This document shows positions 12,107 through 24,658 of a stretch of DNA of 64,000 bases, one piece after another (position 1 is the first letter of the stretch; every line of letters begins with the position of its first letter). Source of the DNA: Chiloscyllium plagiosum (lineage: Eukaryota); contig NC_057718.1 of assembly GCF_004010195.1 (NCBI RefSeq), positions 65,105,548-65,169,547 of the forward strand, read 5' to 3'. Below the pieces are notes generated by a model. It saw only the letters and a list, made by a program, of their open reading frames with translations. It had not been told where the DNA came from and did no database searches. The position numbers and the translations under genes are program-made.

Positions 12107-13871
12107 CCTTACTGAAGTCCATAAGTCTTCTAAGGATTCACTTGCTCCTTCCTGTTTATACCTGACATATGCTTCTTTCTTTTTCTTAACCAAACCCTCA
12201 ATTTCTTTAGTCATCCAGCATTCCCTACACCTACCAGTCTTTCCTTTCACCCTAACAGAAATAGACTGTCTCTGGACTCTTGTTATCTCATTTCTGAAGG
12301 CTTCCTATTTTCCAGCTATCCCTTTACCTGCGAACATTTGCCCTCAGTCAGCTTTTAAAAGTTCTTGCCTAATACCGTCAAAATTAGTTTTCCTCCAATT
12401 TAGATGGAACTATTCAACTTTTAGATCTGGTCCATCCTTTTCCATCACTATTTTAAAACTAACAGAATTATGGTCACTGGCCCCAAAGTGCTCCTCCACT
12501 GACACCTCAGTCACCTGCCCTGCCTTACTTCCCAAGAGTAGGTCAAGTTTTGCACCTTCTCTAGTAGGTACATCCACATACTGAATCAGAAAATTTTCTT
12601 GTGCACACTTACCAAATTTCTCTCCATCTAAAACCTTAGCACTGTGGCAGTCCCAGTCTATGTTTGGAAAGTTAAAATCCCCTACCATAACCACCTTATT
12701 ATTCTTACAGATAACAGAGATCTCCTTACAAATTTGTTGCTCAATTTCCCACTGTCTATTAGGGGGTCTGTAGTAAAATCCCAATAAGGTAATCATCCTT
12801 TTCATATTTCTCAGTTCCACTCAAATAACTTCCCCGGATGTATTTCCATGAATATCCTCCCTCAGTACAGCTGTAATGCTATTCCTTATCAAAAACGCCA
12901 CTCCCCCTCCTCTCTTGCCTCTCTTTCTGTCCTTCCTGTAGCATTTGTATCCTGGAACATGAAACTGCTAGTCCTGTCCGACCCTGAGCCATGTTTCTGT
13001 AATTGCTTTGATATCCCAGTCCCATGTTCCTAACCATGCCCTGAGTTAATCTGCCTTCCCTGTTCAGCCTCTTGCATTGACATAAACGCAGTTTAATTCA
13101 TCAGTCCTTCCTTGTTCTTTGTTTTGTCCCTGCCTGCCCTGACCGTTTGGCTCACATCTTTTCTCAACTGTACAAGTCTCAGATTGATCTCTTTCCTCAC
13201 TATCTCCCTGGGGCCCACACCCCCACCTTAATAGTTTATATCCTCCTGAGCAGCTCTAGCAAATCTCCCTGCCAGCATATTAGTCCCCTTCCAATTCAAG
13301 TGCATCCATCCTTCTTGTACAGGTCACTTCTACCCCAGAAGAGATTCCAATGATCCAAAAATGTGAATCCTTCTCCCATACACCAGCTCCTCAGCCATGC
13401 ATTCATCTGCTCTATCCTCCTATTCCTGCCCTCACTAGCTCACAGCACTGGGAGTAATCAAGATATTACTACACCCAAGACTTCCTTTTCAAATTCCTGC
13501 CTAACCCTCTATATTGTCCCTTCAGAATCTCATCCTTTTCCCTTCCTATGTCATTGGTTCCAATGTGTACAATGACCTCCTGCTGGTCCCTCTCCCCCTT
13601 CAGAACATTCTGCACCCTCTCTGAGACATCCTTGATCCTGGCACCAGGGAGGCAACACACCATTCTGATTTTTCACTGCTGGCCACAGAAATGTCTGTCT
13701 GTGCCTCGGACTAGAGAATTCCCGAACACAATCAATCTCTTAGAACTTGACATACCCCTCATTGCATTAGAGGCAGTCTTGATACGAGAAGTTTGGTTGT
13801 TCATGCTACATTCCCCTGAGAATCCATCACTCCCTACATTTTCCAAAACAGCATTATTATTTGAAATGGGG

Positions 13872-14191
13872 ATTAGATTAGATTAGATTACTTTACAGTG
13901 TGGAAACAGGCCCTTCGGCCCAACAAGTCCACACCGACCCGCCGAAGCGCAAACCACCCATACCCCTACATTTACCCCTTACCTAACACTACGGACAATT
14001 TAGCACGGCCAATTCACCTGACCTGCACATCTTTGTGACTGTGGGAGGAAACCGGAGCACCCGGAGGAAACCCACGCAGACACGGAGAGAATGTGCAAAC
14101 TCCACACAGTCAGTCGCCTGAGGTGGGAATTGAACCCGGGTCTCTGGCGCTGTGAGGCAGCAGTGCTAACCACTGTGCCACCGTGCCGCCC
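13872..14191 (-). mobile_element. HE1-type tRNA-derived SINE nested in CR1 ORF1
   Basis: Minus strand gggcggcacggtggcacagtggttagcactgctgcctcacag (A box), ggttcaattcc (B box), CR1-like 3' tail with (taatc)n. Confidence 0.9.
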
Positions 14192-15093
14192 ACAAAATAG
14201 CCACAGAATATTTTTGCACTACCTGTCTTCCTCTCTTACCTTTCCCGGAGTTACCCCATTCATGTGACTGTATCTGCAACTTTTCTCCCTTCCTATACCT
14301 GCTATTCATCACGCCCTTTGCTCTTGTAAATTCCTCATTACCTCTAACTGTCTTTCCAACTGATCGATTTGATCTGATAGGATTTGCAATCAACCACATT
14401 TATTGCAGATGTAATCCTCAGTAACATTCGAGCTCTCCCTAAATCCCCACATTCGAGAAGAAGAGCATATTACTCTACTCAGGGCCATGTTTGCTACTTT
14501 CATTGTAAATACCCAGAAAATAGCACCGTCTTATTCCTCTACAAACCACTGTTCCAGTCTAATTTAATACTTATGGCTTATATTTTTAAGTTAGTCAAGA
14601 GACATATCTCAATAAAACATATAATCAAGAAAGAACCCACTCTATTCATTACTGCAAATTTACTTAAGACCACACTTAAAAATTTTCATTTATCTGTTTC
14701 TGTGCTGTGACCTCTCCCAAACAGGTTCCTCCAAGGTTAGTTGTGAATTTCACTGTTTGTTAATTTACCCAGACGCTTTCCAGTGTCCAGCGATACATGA
14801 ATTCAAACAGCAAAGGCAGTAACTGCACAGGTTCACTGCTGTGTCAGTTAGCAGTGTGGATTTCTTTCTCTCCTGCACTGACCTCACTATGTGCTGCCTT
14901 TGGCTATTCCTCTCCCTTTTAAAAGTGCTGTTGTTTTGACTTTTTTTTCTTCGAAGTTCCAAAACAACGCAACAACATATACAATAGTATTTGCTGCTCC
15001 TGGAATTCAATGAAATCACCTTCAACACCTCAAACAAGGAGTAGCCCGTTATAGCCAGAAATTTTTCCCATCCTCCAGCTTGGATTACCCAGA

Positions 15094-15860
15094 ATCCTTT
15101 GAACAAATTCTCAAGAAGATGTTTGAACATACTTTAAGAGGATGTTTTCCAAAAGATCAATTTCATATTGACATTCCCAGAAGTTCCAGCTCATTACAAT
15201 CAATCATTTCCAACCAACAGAGCTATTGATGCTTCATGAACACTGCTCATTCAAAAGCAACCAAACCACTTTTTGAAACTGGTGTTATGCCTATAGGGCA
15301 TTGCCAGACATTATTGGCCCAAAGAGCCAAGCCATAAACCATTGGTCTCCCTATTCAACAAGAAGGAGTCAGTAAGGATGAATACAGAGACTTTAAACCT
15401 GATTTATGAGATTTACATATGAAAGAAGAAATGCTTGGGGGTAGGTAGACATTGGTGACATTGGTAATGTGCTCTCCAGAACAACGGACAGCAACCTCAC
15501 AACACATTCTGAGGAAATTATTTTGAAAATTGAGTCGTATACTTAGGCCACAGGAGTGCAGTGGCTAAGAAGCCAAAAGAGGCTCTTGCAATTGTGACAG
15601 GAACAAAAACAGGACAGTAAATATGGAGCCAATCATCACTATTGTGCCGAATGGTTCACAAACAAAGACCCAGTGGGTTGGCAACGAGGAAATACTTTGA
15701 GCATTGACAGCATTCATAATCGCAGGCAATGCTTTATGATTGTAATTCCAGCTTTGCTGCGGGAAGATATTTTTGACAAGATATACCAGGTTCATTTGAG
15801 GATTATCAAGTGCAGAGTCAGAGTTCGAGCATTGGTGTGGTGACTAGGGATCTCAAGGTA
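15094..15860 (+). mobile_element. Gypsy-type pol remnant (RNase H to integrase Zn-binding domain)
   Basis: PEVPAHYN..IDAS remains; LDKIYQVHLRIIKCRVRVRALVW integrase H2C2-like segment. Confidence 0.65.
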
Positions 15861-16681
15861 TTCACTACCTTACTATGTCTCAATGTATTACATAATCATT
15901 TTTTTTTCTTTTGATGGTAAATATGGCTGATCCAGCAGTCTTTTTTTTAGAAATCTTGGCTACTTTGTGAGATCTGAAACTCTTTTAGAGAACTATTGAT
16001 GTCTATTGTGGATATTCAGTATCCAGTCATTAGATTAAACAGTTGCCTTTAGCCTTCTGGTGGAGAATTTTAGAGACAGGATTATATCAGGAATTCATGT
16101 ACACTTTAATTTAAACTCTACATCATCTTCCATCCAATAAAATGAACGAATAATGTGCCATAGTCATGTTTTGCAAAGCATTTTATTTATAATGCTGATT
16201 CCTATTGAGCCATCACTTACATTTTTACATTGGAAAAGATCAAAGTGATTTAGATCTGGTTAGAATTAAGGAATAGAGGAACTGTAAAAGTGTTGGATGT
16301 ATGTTATAGCCACTCAGTGGTGAGTAGGAGACTGTCATCAAATTTGCAGACGTAGTTTAGAAAGATGCAACAATTATCAAGACATAATAATGGGTGACTA
16401 CAATTATCCTCACAAAGTGAAGATAATATAGGAACAATGTAAAGGGGCAGGAACTCATGAAAAGTGCAAAGTAACAGAATTCTCTCAGCACGTTTCCAGG
16501 ATTAAAAAAAGGAAATCTATGCTGGATCTTGATATGAAGAATGAAGCTGAACAATTTATTGGAGCATTGGGGAAAACAGTAAGCACATAGCATCAGATTT
16601 AGATCTGATCAAGAATTATGAAATATGCAAATATTACAATGGAAGAGGGGCAACAGTGATGAATTGAAAGTGGATTTTAGT

Positions 16682-16820
16682 TATTCATTCACAAGATAAA
16701 GGTTTTCCTGGCTAGGCCAATGTTTATTACCCATTGAGGCAATTGTACACTAAGTAAGGATGGCAGTTTTCTACTCTAAAGGATATTAGTGAACCAGGTG
16801 GATTTTTATGACAACCAACA
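16682..16820 (-). mobile_element. SINE-like fragment: 3' tail of the 21300 LINE family joined to the 5' domain seen at 38570-38630
   Basis: ctggctaggccaatgtttattacccat matches the 21324 tail; gatggcagtt..aaaggatattagtgaaccaggtggattt matches 38572-38620. Confidence 0.55.
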
Positions 16821-18034
16821 CATGAAAAAAATAATAATACAGTATCTAATGAAGAACAATACCAGTAAATGGGATTGAAATTTTGTTAAGGCAAGCTGTG
16901 TGTTTGATAAACTTCATTGAATAAATTAATTAAATTGCAGAGAGAACAATAAGGATAGTGCAACTGATGCATATATGTATTTTCAATTTGCATAGGATAA
17001 AATATGTCATAATAAATCTGTTAACAAAACTGAAGCACATGCAATGAAAGGGGCAATGGTATAAATGTGAAACTGGCAGAGTCAGAAAAAGAGAGCAATG
17101 TGAACCTTACTTTTTCAGACTAGAGGGTAGTGTAAAATGGCATATCTGGGGATCAGTACAGACTGCTGTTTTTTTGTTGGATATTAATAAATTAGTCATA
17201 GGTTGCTTGGCAGAATTTAAAATTATGCAGATGATTAAATTCATGCAAAGAAGTGTAATGTGAAACATTTTGGTTGGATGAGCAAGGGAATGTGATTATA
17301 AATTGTGCCCACAATTGTAAAGTGGTACTGCAGAGAGAAATAGGAATGTGGGTTTTTGAAAAGGAAGCTGTAATAGAGAAAGCTGTTGGAAAAGCAATTG
17401 GGATCACTGACTTTGTAAAGGAGTAACCAAAACTCCCCAAAATAGCTGAAATCTAAAACTTGAAAAATTTAAAATCCAAAACCTACCATACTTTGAACCT
17501 GCCCATGGAGGTGAAACTATAGAAGCTGAGCACTTTCTCTTTCAAGAACAGGTAAGTCAGTAAACCTTTCAGGAGGTTGGATGCCTTCATTTTAACAAGT
17601 TTACTATTTTTTCTTGATGTTGGCCTTGTTTCCTGGACCTCATGTAAGACAGAATGAGCTAAGGAGTAGAAGTAATGCTGCCACCATACCGATAAGCTTA
17701 CCCCGTAAGCTGAACCTGCAATATCCATAATTACTATCCTCACTATCCCCACTATCAACAGCACATCGAATGCACGGCCTGAAAGAGTGGTAAAAGCAGA
17801 TTTATCTTGGCTTTGAAAAGGCATTAAGTGCTTTAATGGAAAGATATGCAAGGCCTGGATGGCAAGGATAGCAAGTGGGACTAGCTGGTTTGGTCTTGTC
17901 TAGAGTCAGTACGGATGCAATGGGCCAAGTGACTTCCTTCTGTGCTGTAACCATTTTTGTGATTCAATGATAGAGCCCAGCAATTTGACAGTGAAACCAG
18001 GAAGTTTTTTTCTCACCAAGTATAGTGGAATTAT

Positions 18035-18248
18035 AGTTGAAACTTTATTGCTGGAACAGCGCAGCAGGTCAGGCAGCATCCAGGGAACAGGAGATTCGAC
18101 ATTTCGGGCACAGGCCCTTCTTCAGGAATAAGGGCCTGTGCCCGAAACGTCGAATCTCCTGTTCCCTGGATGCTGCCTGACCTGCTGCGCTGTTCCAGCA
18201 ATAAAGTTTCAACTTTGATCTCCAGCATCTGCAGACCTCACTTTCTCC
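18035..18248 (+). mobile_element. Young short fold-back PLE-derived element
   Basis: ~85-bp near-perfect inverted arms; TSD tagtggaattat(ag) 18023-18036 and 18249-18262; 34-nt unpaired tail. Confidence 0.92.
18094..18129 (-). ncRNA. Minimal hammerhead ribozyme motif, complete stems I and II
   Basis: attc-ctgaaga-a-gggc-ctgt-gccc-gaaatgtc-gaat. Confidence 0.8.
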
Positions 18249-19209
18249 TAGTGGAATTATAGACATTTTCACTCAAAAGGCTGTGAATCAATTCAATTTA
18301 TTCAGATTGAGATTGAGAGCTTTTTGTTAACTGCAAGTAGCTTTTAAACAAAAGCAATAAAATTTAAGTGCAGATCAGTCATATCTAATTAAACAGCAGA
18401 AAAAGCTTGAAGGGTTGGGTTGTGTAACATCTTCCAATTTCACAACTGCATTAAGCAATATTTCCTCATTTTTCACACTTTTGTGCCAATGAAGGTCCTT
18501 GAGAAATGTGAAAGCAGTTATTACAAGGGTTGATTAGTCAATTTTGATCTATCAATGAGAAAGGGTTCTAAAGGGAAATAGATTACTATGAAAAGTGTTG
18601 CTGAGCTCTTTGCAAGTGAATTGTTGACAAAATCACAAACTAATTTACTGATATTGTTCTTTATTAAATATTGCATTATTATTTCTTTTTCATTGATCAG
18701 ACCAGCTGCAATTTTATTTTGCCCTTTTTGTCAGATTTATTACCCATATTAATAACTTTCCCTGAAACCCAATGTGGACAATCATTTGCATTTCCTGTTT
18801 GTATGCCAACTGCAGCTCCATTATAGCAATTTTGCCTTTGATTTAGAAGTTTGGAGGATGTTGGTTATAGTACTTGAGCACAAAAGGCAGACTGTTCTGA
18901 AGTAATAATCAGGGAGTGCAGTATGTCCTTGAGATGAGACATAAGCTGAATGCCGATCTTCATTATGTAAAACATCCAATTGCACTGACCAATATTTACT
19001 TCTCAATCAACAACGTACAGACACATATCAGGCCATGATTACTTTGCTGGGAGTATTTTAGCTGCCATATTTCCTACATTACAACTGTGATGACCGTTCA
19101 GAAGTACTTAATAGACTGTAAGGCACATAGGAATATAGTGGAAAAGAATACAATGGTGCAGTTCACGATGCATCAAACAAGACATTTAATTTGGTTTTCA
19201 TTTTTGAAA

Positions 19210-20030
19210 AATTAATTCATGGGATGTGCATTTCATTTATTAAGCCAGTGTTACGTCCATCCCTAATTTCCCTTGAGAAAGTGGTGAGATCCCTTCTGTT
19301 ACTGCCGCAGGACATGTGTTGTAGATACAACCAAAATGCCTCGAGGGAGGAAGTTTCAGGATTTTAGCCCAGTGACACTGAAGGAATGGCAATATATTTC
19401 CAAGTCAGAATGGCGAGTACCTTGAGGGAAACTTATACGTGGTAATGCATGTATCTGCTGTACTTGTCCTTCAAGATGATACTGGTTGTTAATTTAGAAG
19501 GTGCTGTCTGAGGATCATTGGTGAATTTCTGAAGTGCACCTTGTTAATGGTACGGACTCCTGCCACTGAGCATTGGTGGCAAAGAGATTGAATGTTTGTC
19601 GATTATGGTGCCAATCAAGCAGAATGTTTTGTCCTGGATGGTGTTGAGCTTCGTAGGACATAGGCAGCAGTGGCAAGGCCAGCATTTCCTTTTCTCCACC
19701 GACACCCTTGTGAATGTGGTGGTGACCTGACTTCTGGACCCATTGCAGCCCATGTGCTGCAGGTACATGTCTGCGATCTGGTGGGAAATTCCAAACTTTT
19801 AACAAAGCACCTACAAAGGAACACCAATATACTTTCGTGTCAGGATGTATGCAAATTGGAAAGAAACTTGATAGTGATACTTTCCTCATGCATCTGTGAC
19901 TATTGTTCTTCTATGTGATAGTTACGTTTTTGAAATGCATTTTAACTATGGCACTTACGGCAGACACAACATGCAACTGAGGGAGCGAATGACTGATTAA
20001 GATAGTGGATGGGATGACAGTAGAAGCATG
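19210..20030 (-). mobile_element. 3' fragments of CR1/L2-group LINE (same family as 21300-23835)
   Basis: Same 3' tail (attcatgggatgtg..catccctaatt.cccttgagaa); KLNTIQDKTFCLIGT. Confidence 0.7.
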
Positions 20031-20031
20031 G

Positions 20032-20885
20032 AAATTTAGACAGGGAATATGTCATTCAGCCCTTTGTGTCTTCTGCACTATTCATGGCTGATCATCCAAC
20101 TCATTCCCACTTTCTCCCTATATCCTTTGATCCCTTTAGCCCTAAGAACTATATCTAACTCCTTTATGAAAACGTTCCAGGTTTGGACCTCAATTAATTT
20201 ATGTAGCAGAGAATTCCACAAGCTTACCACTTCCTGGGTGAATAAAGCTCTCATGTCTGTCCTAAATGCCCTAACCTGTATCCTTAAGCTATGATTCACG
20301 GTTTTGGATTCCCCTGTCATCAGAAACATCCTTCTTGTATTTCTCCTTTCTAGTCCTGGGAGAATTTCCTAGATTTCTAATGAGGTGCCCCTCATTTTTC
20401 TAGTGTGTATAATCCTAACCGATCCAGTATCTCTTCATACATCAGTCCTGCCATCAGTCCTGCAGGAATTAGTCTGGTAAATCTCTCCACAGTTAGAACA
20501 TCTTTCTTTAGAAAAGGAGACCAGAACTGCAGATAATACTCCAGGTATAGTCTCACCAAGTACCCACACACTTCAGCAAGACATCCCTGCTCCTGTACTC
20601 AAATTCACTCACTATGAAGACCAACATATCATTTGTCTTTTTGATTGCCTGAATTACTATTTTCAGTATCTGGTGTATAAAAACATTCAGGTCTTGTTGC
20701 ACATTATCCTTTCCCAATCTATCACTACTCAAATAATTTGCCTTGTTTTTGCTACCAAAATGAATAACCACACATTTATCCACATCAGACTTCATCTGTC
20801 ATGCATTTATCCACTCACTCAACTTGTCGAAATCATACTGAAACATTTCTGCATTCTCCTCACAGTCCACCATCCTACCCACCTT
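20032..20885 (-). mobile_element. CR1 3' fragment
   Basis: DKCVVIHFGSKN, EYRSRDVLL, FTQEVVSLWNSL motifs. Confidence 0.85.
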
Positions 20886-21297
20886 CAAGCAGCCTGCTTT
20901 GTCCTGTTTTGGGGTGATGAACTTCTTGAGTATGCACTCATTCAGGAAAATGGAAAATATTTGACCAATGTGTGGTTTTAGATGATGTAGGAATTTTGTT
21001 AAGAAACTATTCTACCTGATTCTTCAGCACAGGTTTCCCATGTGAAGACTGAGGTCTATAACCTCCAGCAGGTCACAAGGCTCACTCTATGGGCAGTGAA
21101 TGGCAGCATTTCTAGCACAACTTGCTGTGGTCTGCGCCTGTGTTTTCCCCTTTTAAATGTTTAAAGGTTCTCACCTTCTGGGTCATTGGATGTACACTAG
21201 CCAGATTCAAAAACTAGAAACCACAGGACCCTGCATAGGCCCAATGAAGGAGACAATTTTCACTCATATTGCATTTGTATGTTTGAGGATTTTTTAA

Positions 21298-23835
21298 ATA
21301 TTTATTTGTGGGACTTGGGCATCACTGGCTGGCCAGCATTGATAAGCCATCCCTATTTGCCCTTGGGAAGATGGTGGTGAGCTGTCTTCTTGAATCGCTG
21401 CAGTCTACTTGCTGTGGGTTGACCCCCAATGCCGGTCGGGAGGGAATTCCAGGATTTTGACCCAATGACTGTGAAGGAACGGTGATATATTTCCAAGGCA
21501 GGGTGGTGAGTGGCTTGGAGGGGAACTTGCAGTCAGTGATGTTCCCAAGTACTGCTGCCCTTGTCCTTCTAGATGGAAGTAGTCGTGGGTTTGGAACGAG
21601 CTGTCTAAGGATCATTGATGAAACTCTGCAGTGCATCCTGTAGATAGTACACACTGCTGCTAATGAGCACCGGTGGTGGAAGCATTGAATATTTATAGAT
21701 GTGGTGCCAATCAAGCGGGTTGCTTTGTCCTTTGCCAAGTTTCTTGAATGTTATTGGAACTACACCCATCCAGGCAGGTGGGAAGTATTCCATCCCACTC
21801 CTGACTTCTGCCTTGTAGATAGTGGATAGACTTTGGGGTGTCAGGAGGTGAGTTACTCGCCACAGTATCCCTAGTCTCTGACCTGCTCTTGCAGCCACTG
21901 TGTTTATGTTGTGCTTTCTGATCAATGGTAACCCCAAGGATGTTGGTAGTGGGGGATTCAGTGATGGTAGAACTGTGAAATGTAAAGGGGCAATGGTTAG
22001 AGTGTCTCTTATTAGTGATGGTCATTTTCTGGCATTTGTGTGGCACAAATGTTACTTGCCACTTGTTGGCCCAAGCCTGGATATTGTCCAGATCATGTTG
22101 CATTTGAGCATGGACTGCTTCAGTATCTGCAGAGTTGCGAATGGTGCTGAACACTATGCAATCATTGGCAAACATCCCCACTTCTGACCTTATGACAGAG
22201 GGAAGGTCATTGATGAAGCAGCTGAAGATTGTTGGGCCTAGGACACTACCCTGAGGGACTCCTGCAGAGATGTTCTGGAGTTGAGATGACTGACCCTCCA
22301 CAACGACAACCATCTTCACTTGTGCCAGGTATGACTCTAACCATAGAGACATAACCAGGTATGACTCTTTGCTTCCTGATAGCCATTGATTCCAGTTTTG
22401 CCAGGGCTCCTTGATGCCATACTTGGTCGTAGGCGGCCTTGATGTCAAGGGCTGTCATTCTCACCTTACATCTGGAATTCAACTCTTTTGTTCATTGTAG
22501 AACAAAATGAGATCAGGAGCTCAGTTACCCTGGCGTAACCCAAACTGGGCGTCTCTGAGCAGGTTGTTGCTGAGCAGGTGCTGCTTGATAGCACTGTATG
22601 ACCCGTTCCATCACTTTACTGATGATGGAAAATAGACTGATTGGGCATTAATTGGCCAGGTTGGATTTGTCCTGCTTTTTGTGTACAGGACATACCTGGG
22701 CAATTTTCCACATTGTCAGGTGGATGCCAGTGTTGTAACTATATTGGAAGAGCTTGGCTAGGGCAGCAGCAAGTTCTGGAGCACACGTCCTCAGTATTAT
22801 TGCTGAAATGTTATCAGGGCTCATTGCCTTTTCAGTATCAAGTGCCTCCAGCCATTTCTTGATATCACGTGGAGTGAATCAAATTGGCTGGACACTGGTA
22901 TCTATGATGCTGGGGACTATTAGAGGAGCCTAGGATGGATCATCCATTTGGCACTTCTGCCTGAAGATTGTTGCGAATGATCAGCCTGATCTTTTGCACT
23001 AATGTGCTGGGCTCCTCCATCATTGAGGGTGAGGATATTTGTGGAGCCTCCTCCTCCTCCAGTGAATTGTTTAATTGTCTACCACCATTCATAACTGGAT
23101 GTGGAAGGACAGCAGAACTTAGATCTGATCCGTTGGTTGTGGGATTGCTTAGCTCTGTCTATCACTTGCTGTTTATGCCGTTTGGCATGTAAGTACTCCT
23201 GCTTGGTAGCTTCACCAGGTTGACACCTCGTTTTTAGGTATGTCTGATGCTGTTACTGGCATGCTCTCCTGCACTGTCCATTTAACCAGGGTTGATCCCC
23301 TGGCTTGATGGTAATGGTTGAGTGGGGGATATGCCAGGCCATGAGGTTGCAGATTGTGCTGGAGTACAATTCTGCTGCTGTTGATGGTCCACAGCACCTC
23401 ATGAATGCCCAATCTTGAGCTGCTACATTGGTTCGAAGTCTATCCCATTTAGCACGGTATTAGTGCCACACAACATGATGGAGGTTATTCTCAATGTGAA
23501 GGCGGGACTTTGTCTCCACAAGGACAGTGCAGTGGTTACTTTTACGTGTACTGTCATGGACAGATGCGTCCGCAGCCAGCAGATTAGTAAGGATGAGGTC
23601 AAGTACATTTTTTCCTTTTGTTGATTCCATTCACCAACTGCCGTAGATCCAGTCTCACAGTGAAATCCTTTAGGACCCAACCAGTTCGATCAGTAATGCT
23701 GCTGCTGAGCCACTCTTGATGGTGGACATTGAAATCCCCCCACCCAGAGTATATTTTGCACCTTTGCCACCCTCAGTGCTTCCTCCAAGTGTTCTTCAAC
23801 ATGGAGGAGAACTGATTCATCAGCCGAAGGAGCCA
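21298..23835 (-). mobile_element. CR1/L2-group (Crack/Daphne-like) LINE ORF2, EN + RT, with deletions
   Basis: [76 protein letters not shown]. Confidence 0.85.
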
Positions 23836-24658
23836 AATTCTGGATTAACATCATTAGGCCATCACCTCCCCACATGACAAGCAATAAGGCTGAAATTCTG
23901 AAGGTTAATACCTCATCACTCTTTTCACATCCTGCCTCTCTTTTATCCTACCACTGCTTTTTATTACATACCTTTGTCTCACCAGAAATCTACCCCATGC
24001 CTTTCTCCTTTCAGATACTGGAACACTGCAACCTGGCTAGGCATAGGTGCAAGAGCTAATAGAAGAGGACAAAGAAACTCATTGTAAATAACACTATCAG
24101 CTGTTTCCAAACTTGTAGACACCAATTTAGATAATGACACTGTATGTCATCTGGAGAGTAAGGTAGAGGTCAGGATTGACTGCTGTCAGTCCCAGCACAT
24201 TAGCCTGCAGGTAAAGTATAACTTGGGACAAGTGCCAAAGTGTGAGGCCGGTACCTGCATTTACATGCATTGGATTCAAATGAGGATTTGGTGAGGCAAT
24301 ATCGAGATAAGGATGGATGGGCTTGGACCAGAAATGCTTAGTGCATTGGCAGACTTGCCAGAAGGCCTTTAGACACTGTTAGGAAGAAAGGAGAGTCCGA
24401 CATCAACTTTGCACTTGGCTTTGCAGAGAGTTTGGAGAGAACTCCCTTTCCAAAATAGAAGGAGTGGCTAACCCCGTTAAAGTACAGACAGAACCAGCCA
24501 TGATAATGGCCAATGTCATAGCCCCCACTGCTGCACAATGAGAAGCCATCAACACTAGCATCCACCGTAGTTCTGTGTGCTGTATTGGGAGGCCAGATTG
24601 AAGATATTCAAGCTTTGCTTGTTGTTATTCACTCTCACCTGCTGTCCTTTCCCAGGAT

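Larger units (their letters stand above)
10923..15093 (-). mobile_element. Near full-length CR1 LINE (ORF1 Zn-finger + SGNH esterase; ORF2 APE endonuclease + RT), defective, with internal deletion at ~12125
   Basis: 3' (catagagt)n tail; YRTLVRPLLEYC; GVSQGSVLGP; KFAGDTK; GFYYRPP, VGDFNFPNIDW, SDHN; ORF1 CLPGARIKDV..VIVHIGTNDIG and YICNKC. Confidence 0.95.
16330..18430 (+). mobile_element. Highly decayed CR1 fragments
   Basis: IIMGDYNYP, CLINFIE, DFQ..DK remains and CR1 3'UTR at ~17775-17970. Confidence 0.55.

Noticed and set aside
14110..14191. tRNA gene
   Set aside because: tRNA-like head continues into the HE1 SINE body and tail; same for 31866 and 48534
18035..18214. Hairpin elements as DNA-transposon MITEs or miRNA genes
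   Set aside because: TSDs vary in length (9-15 bp), one end has an unpaired tail, and the arms match 3' ends of RT/GIY-YIG PLEs in this window
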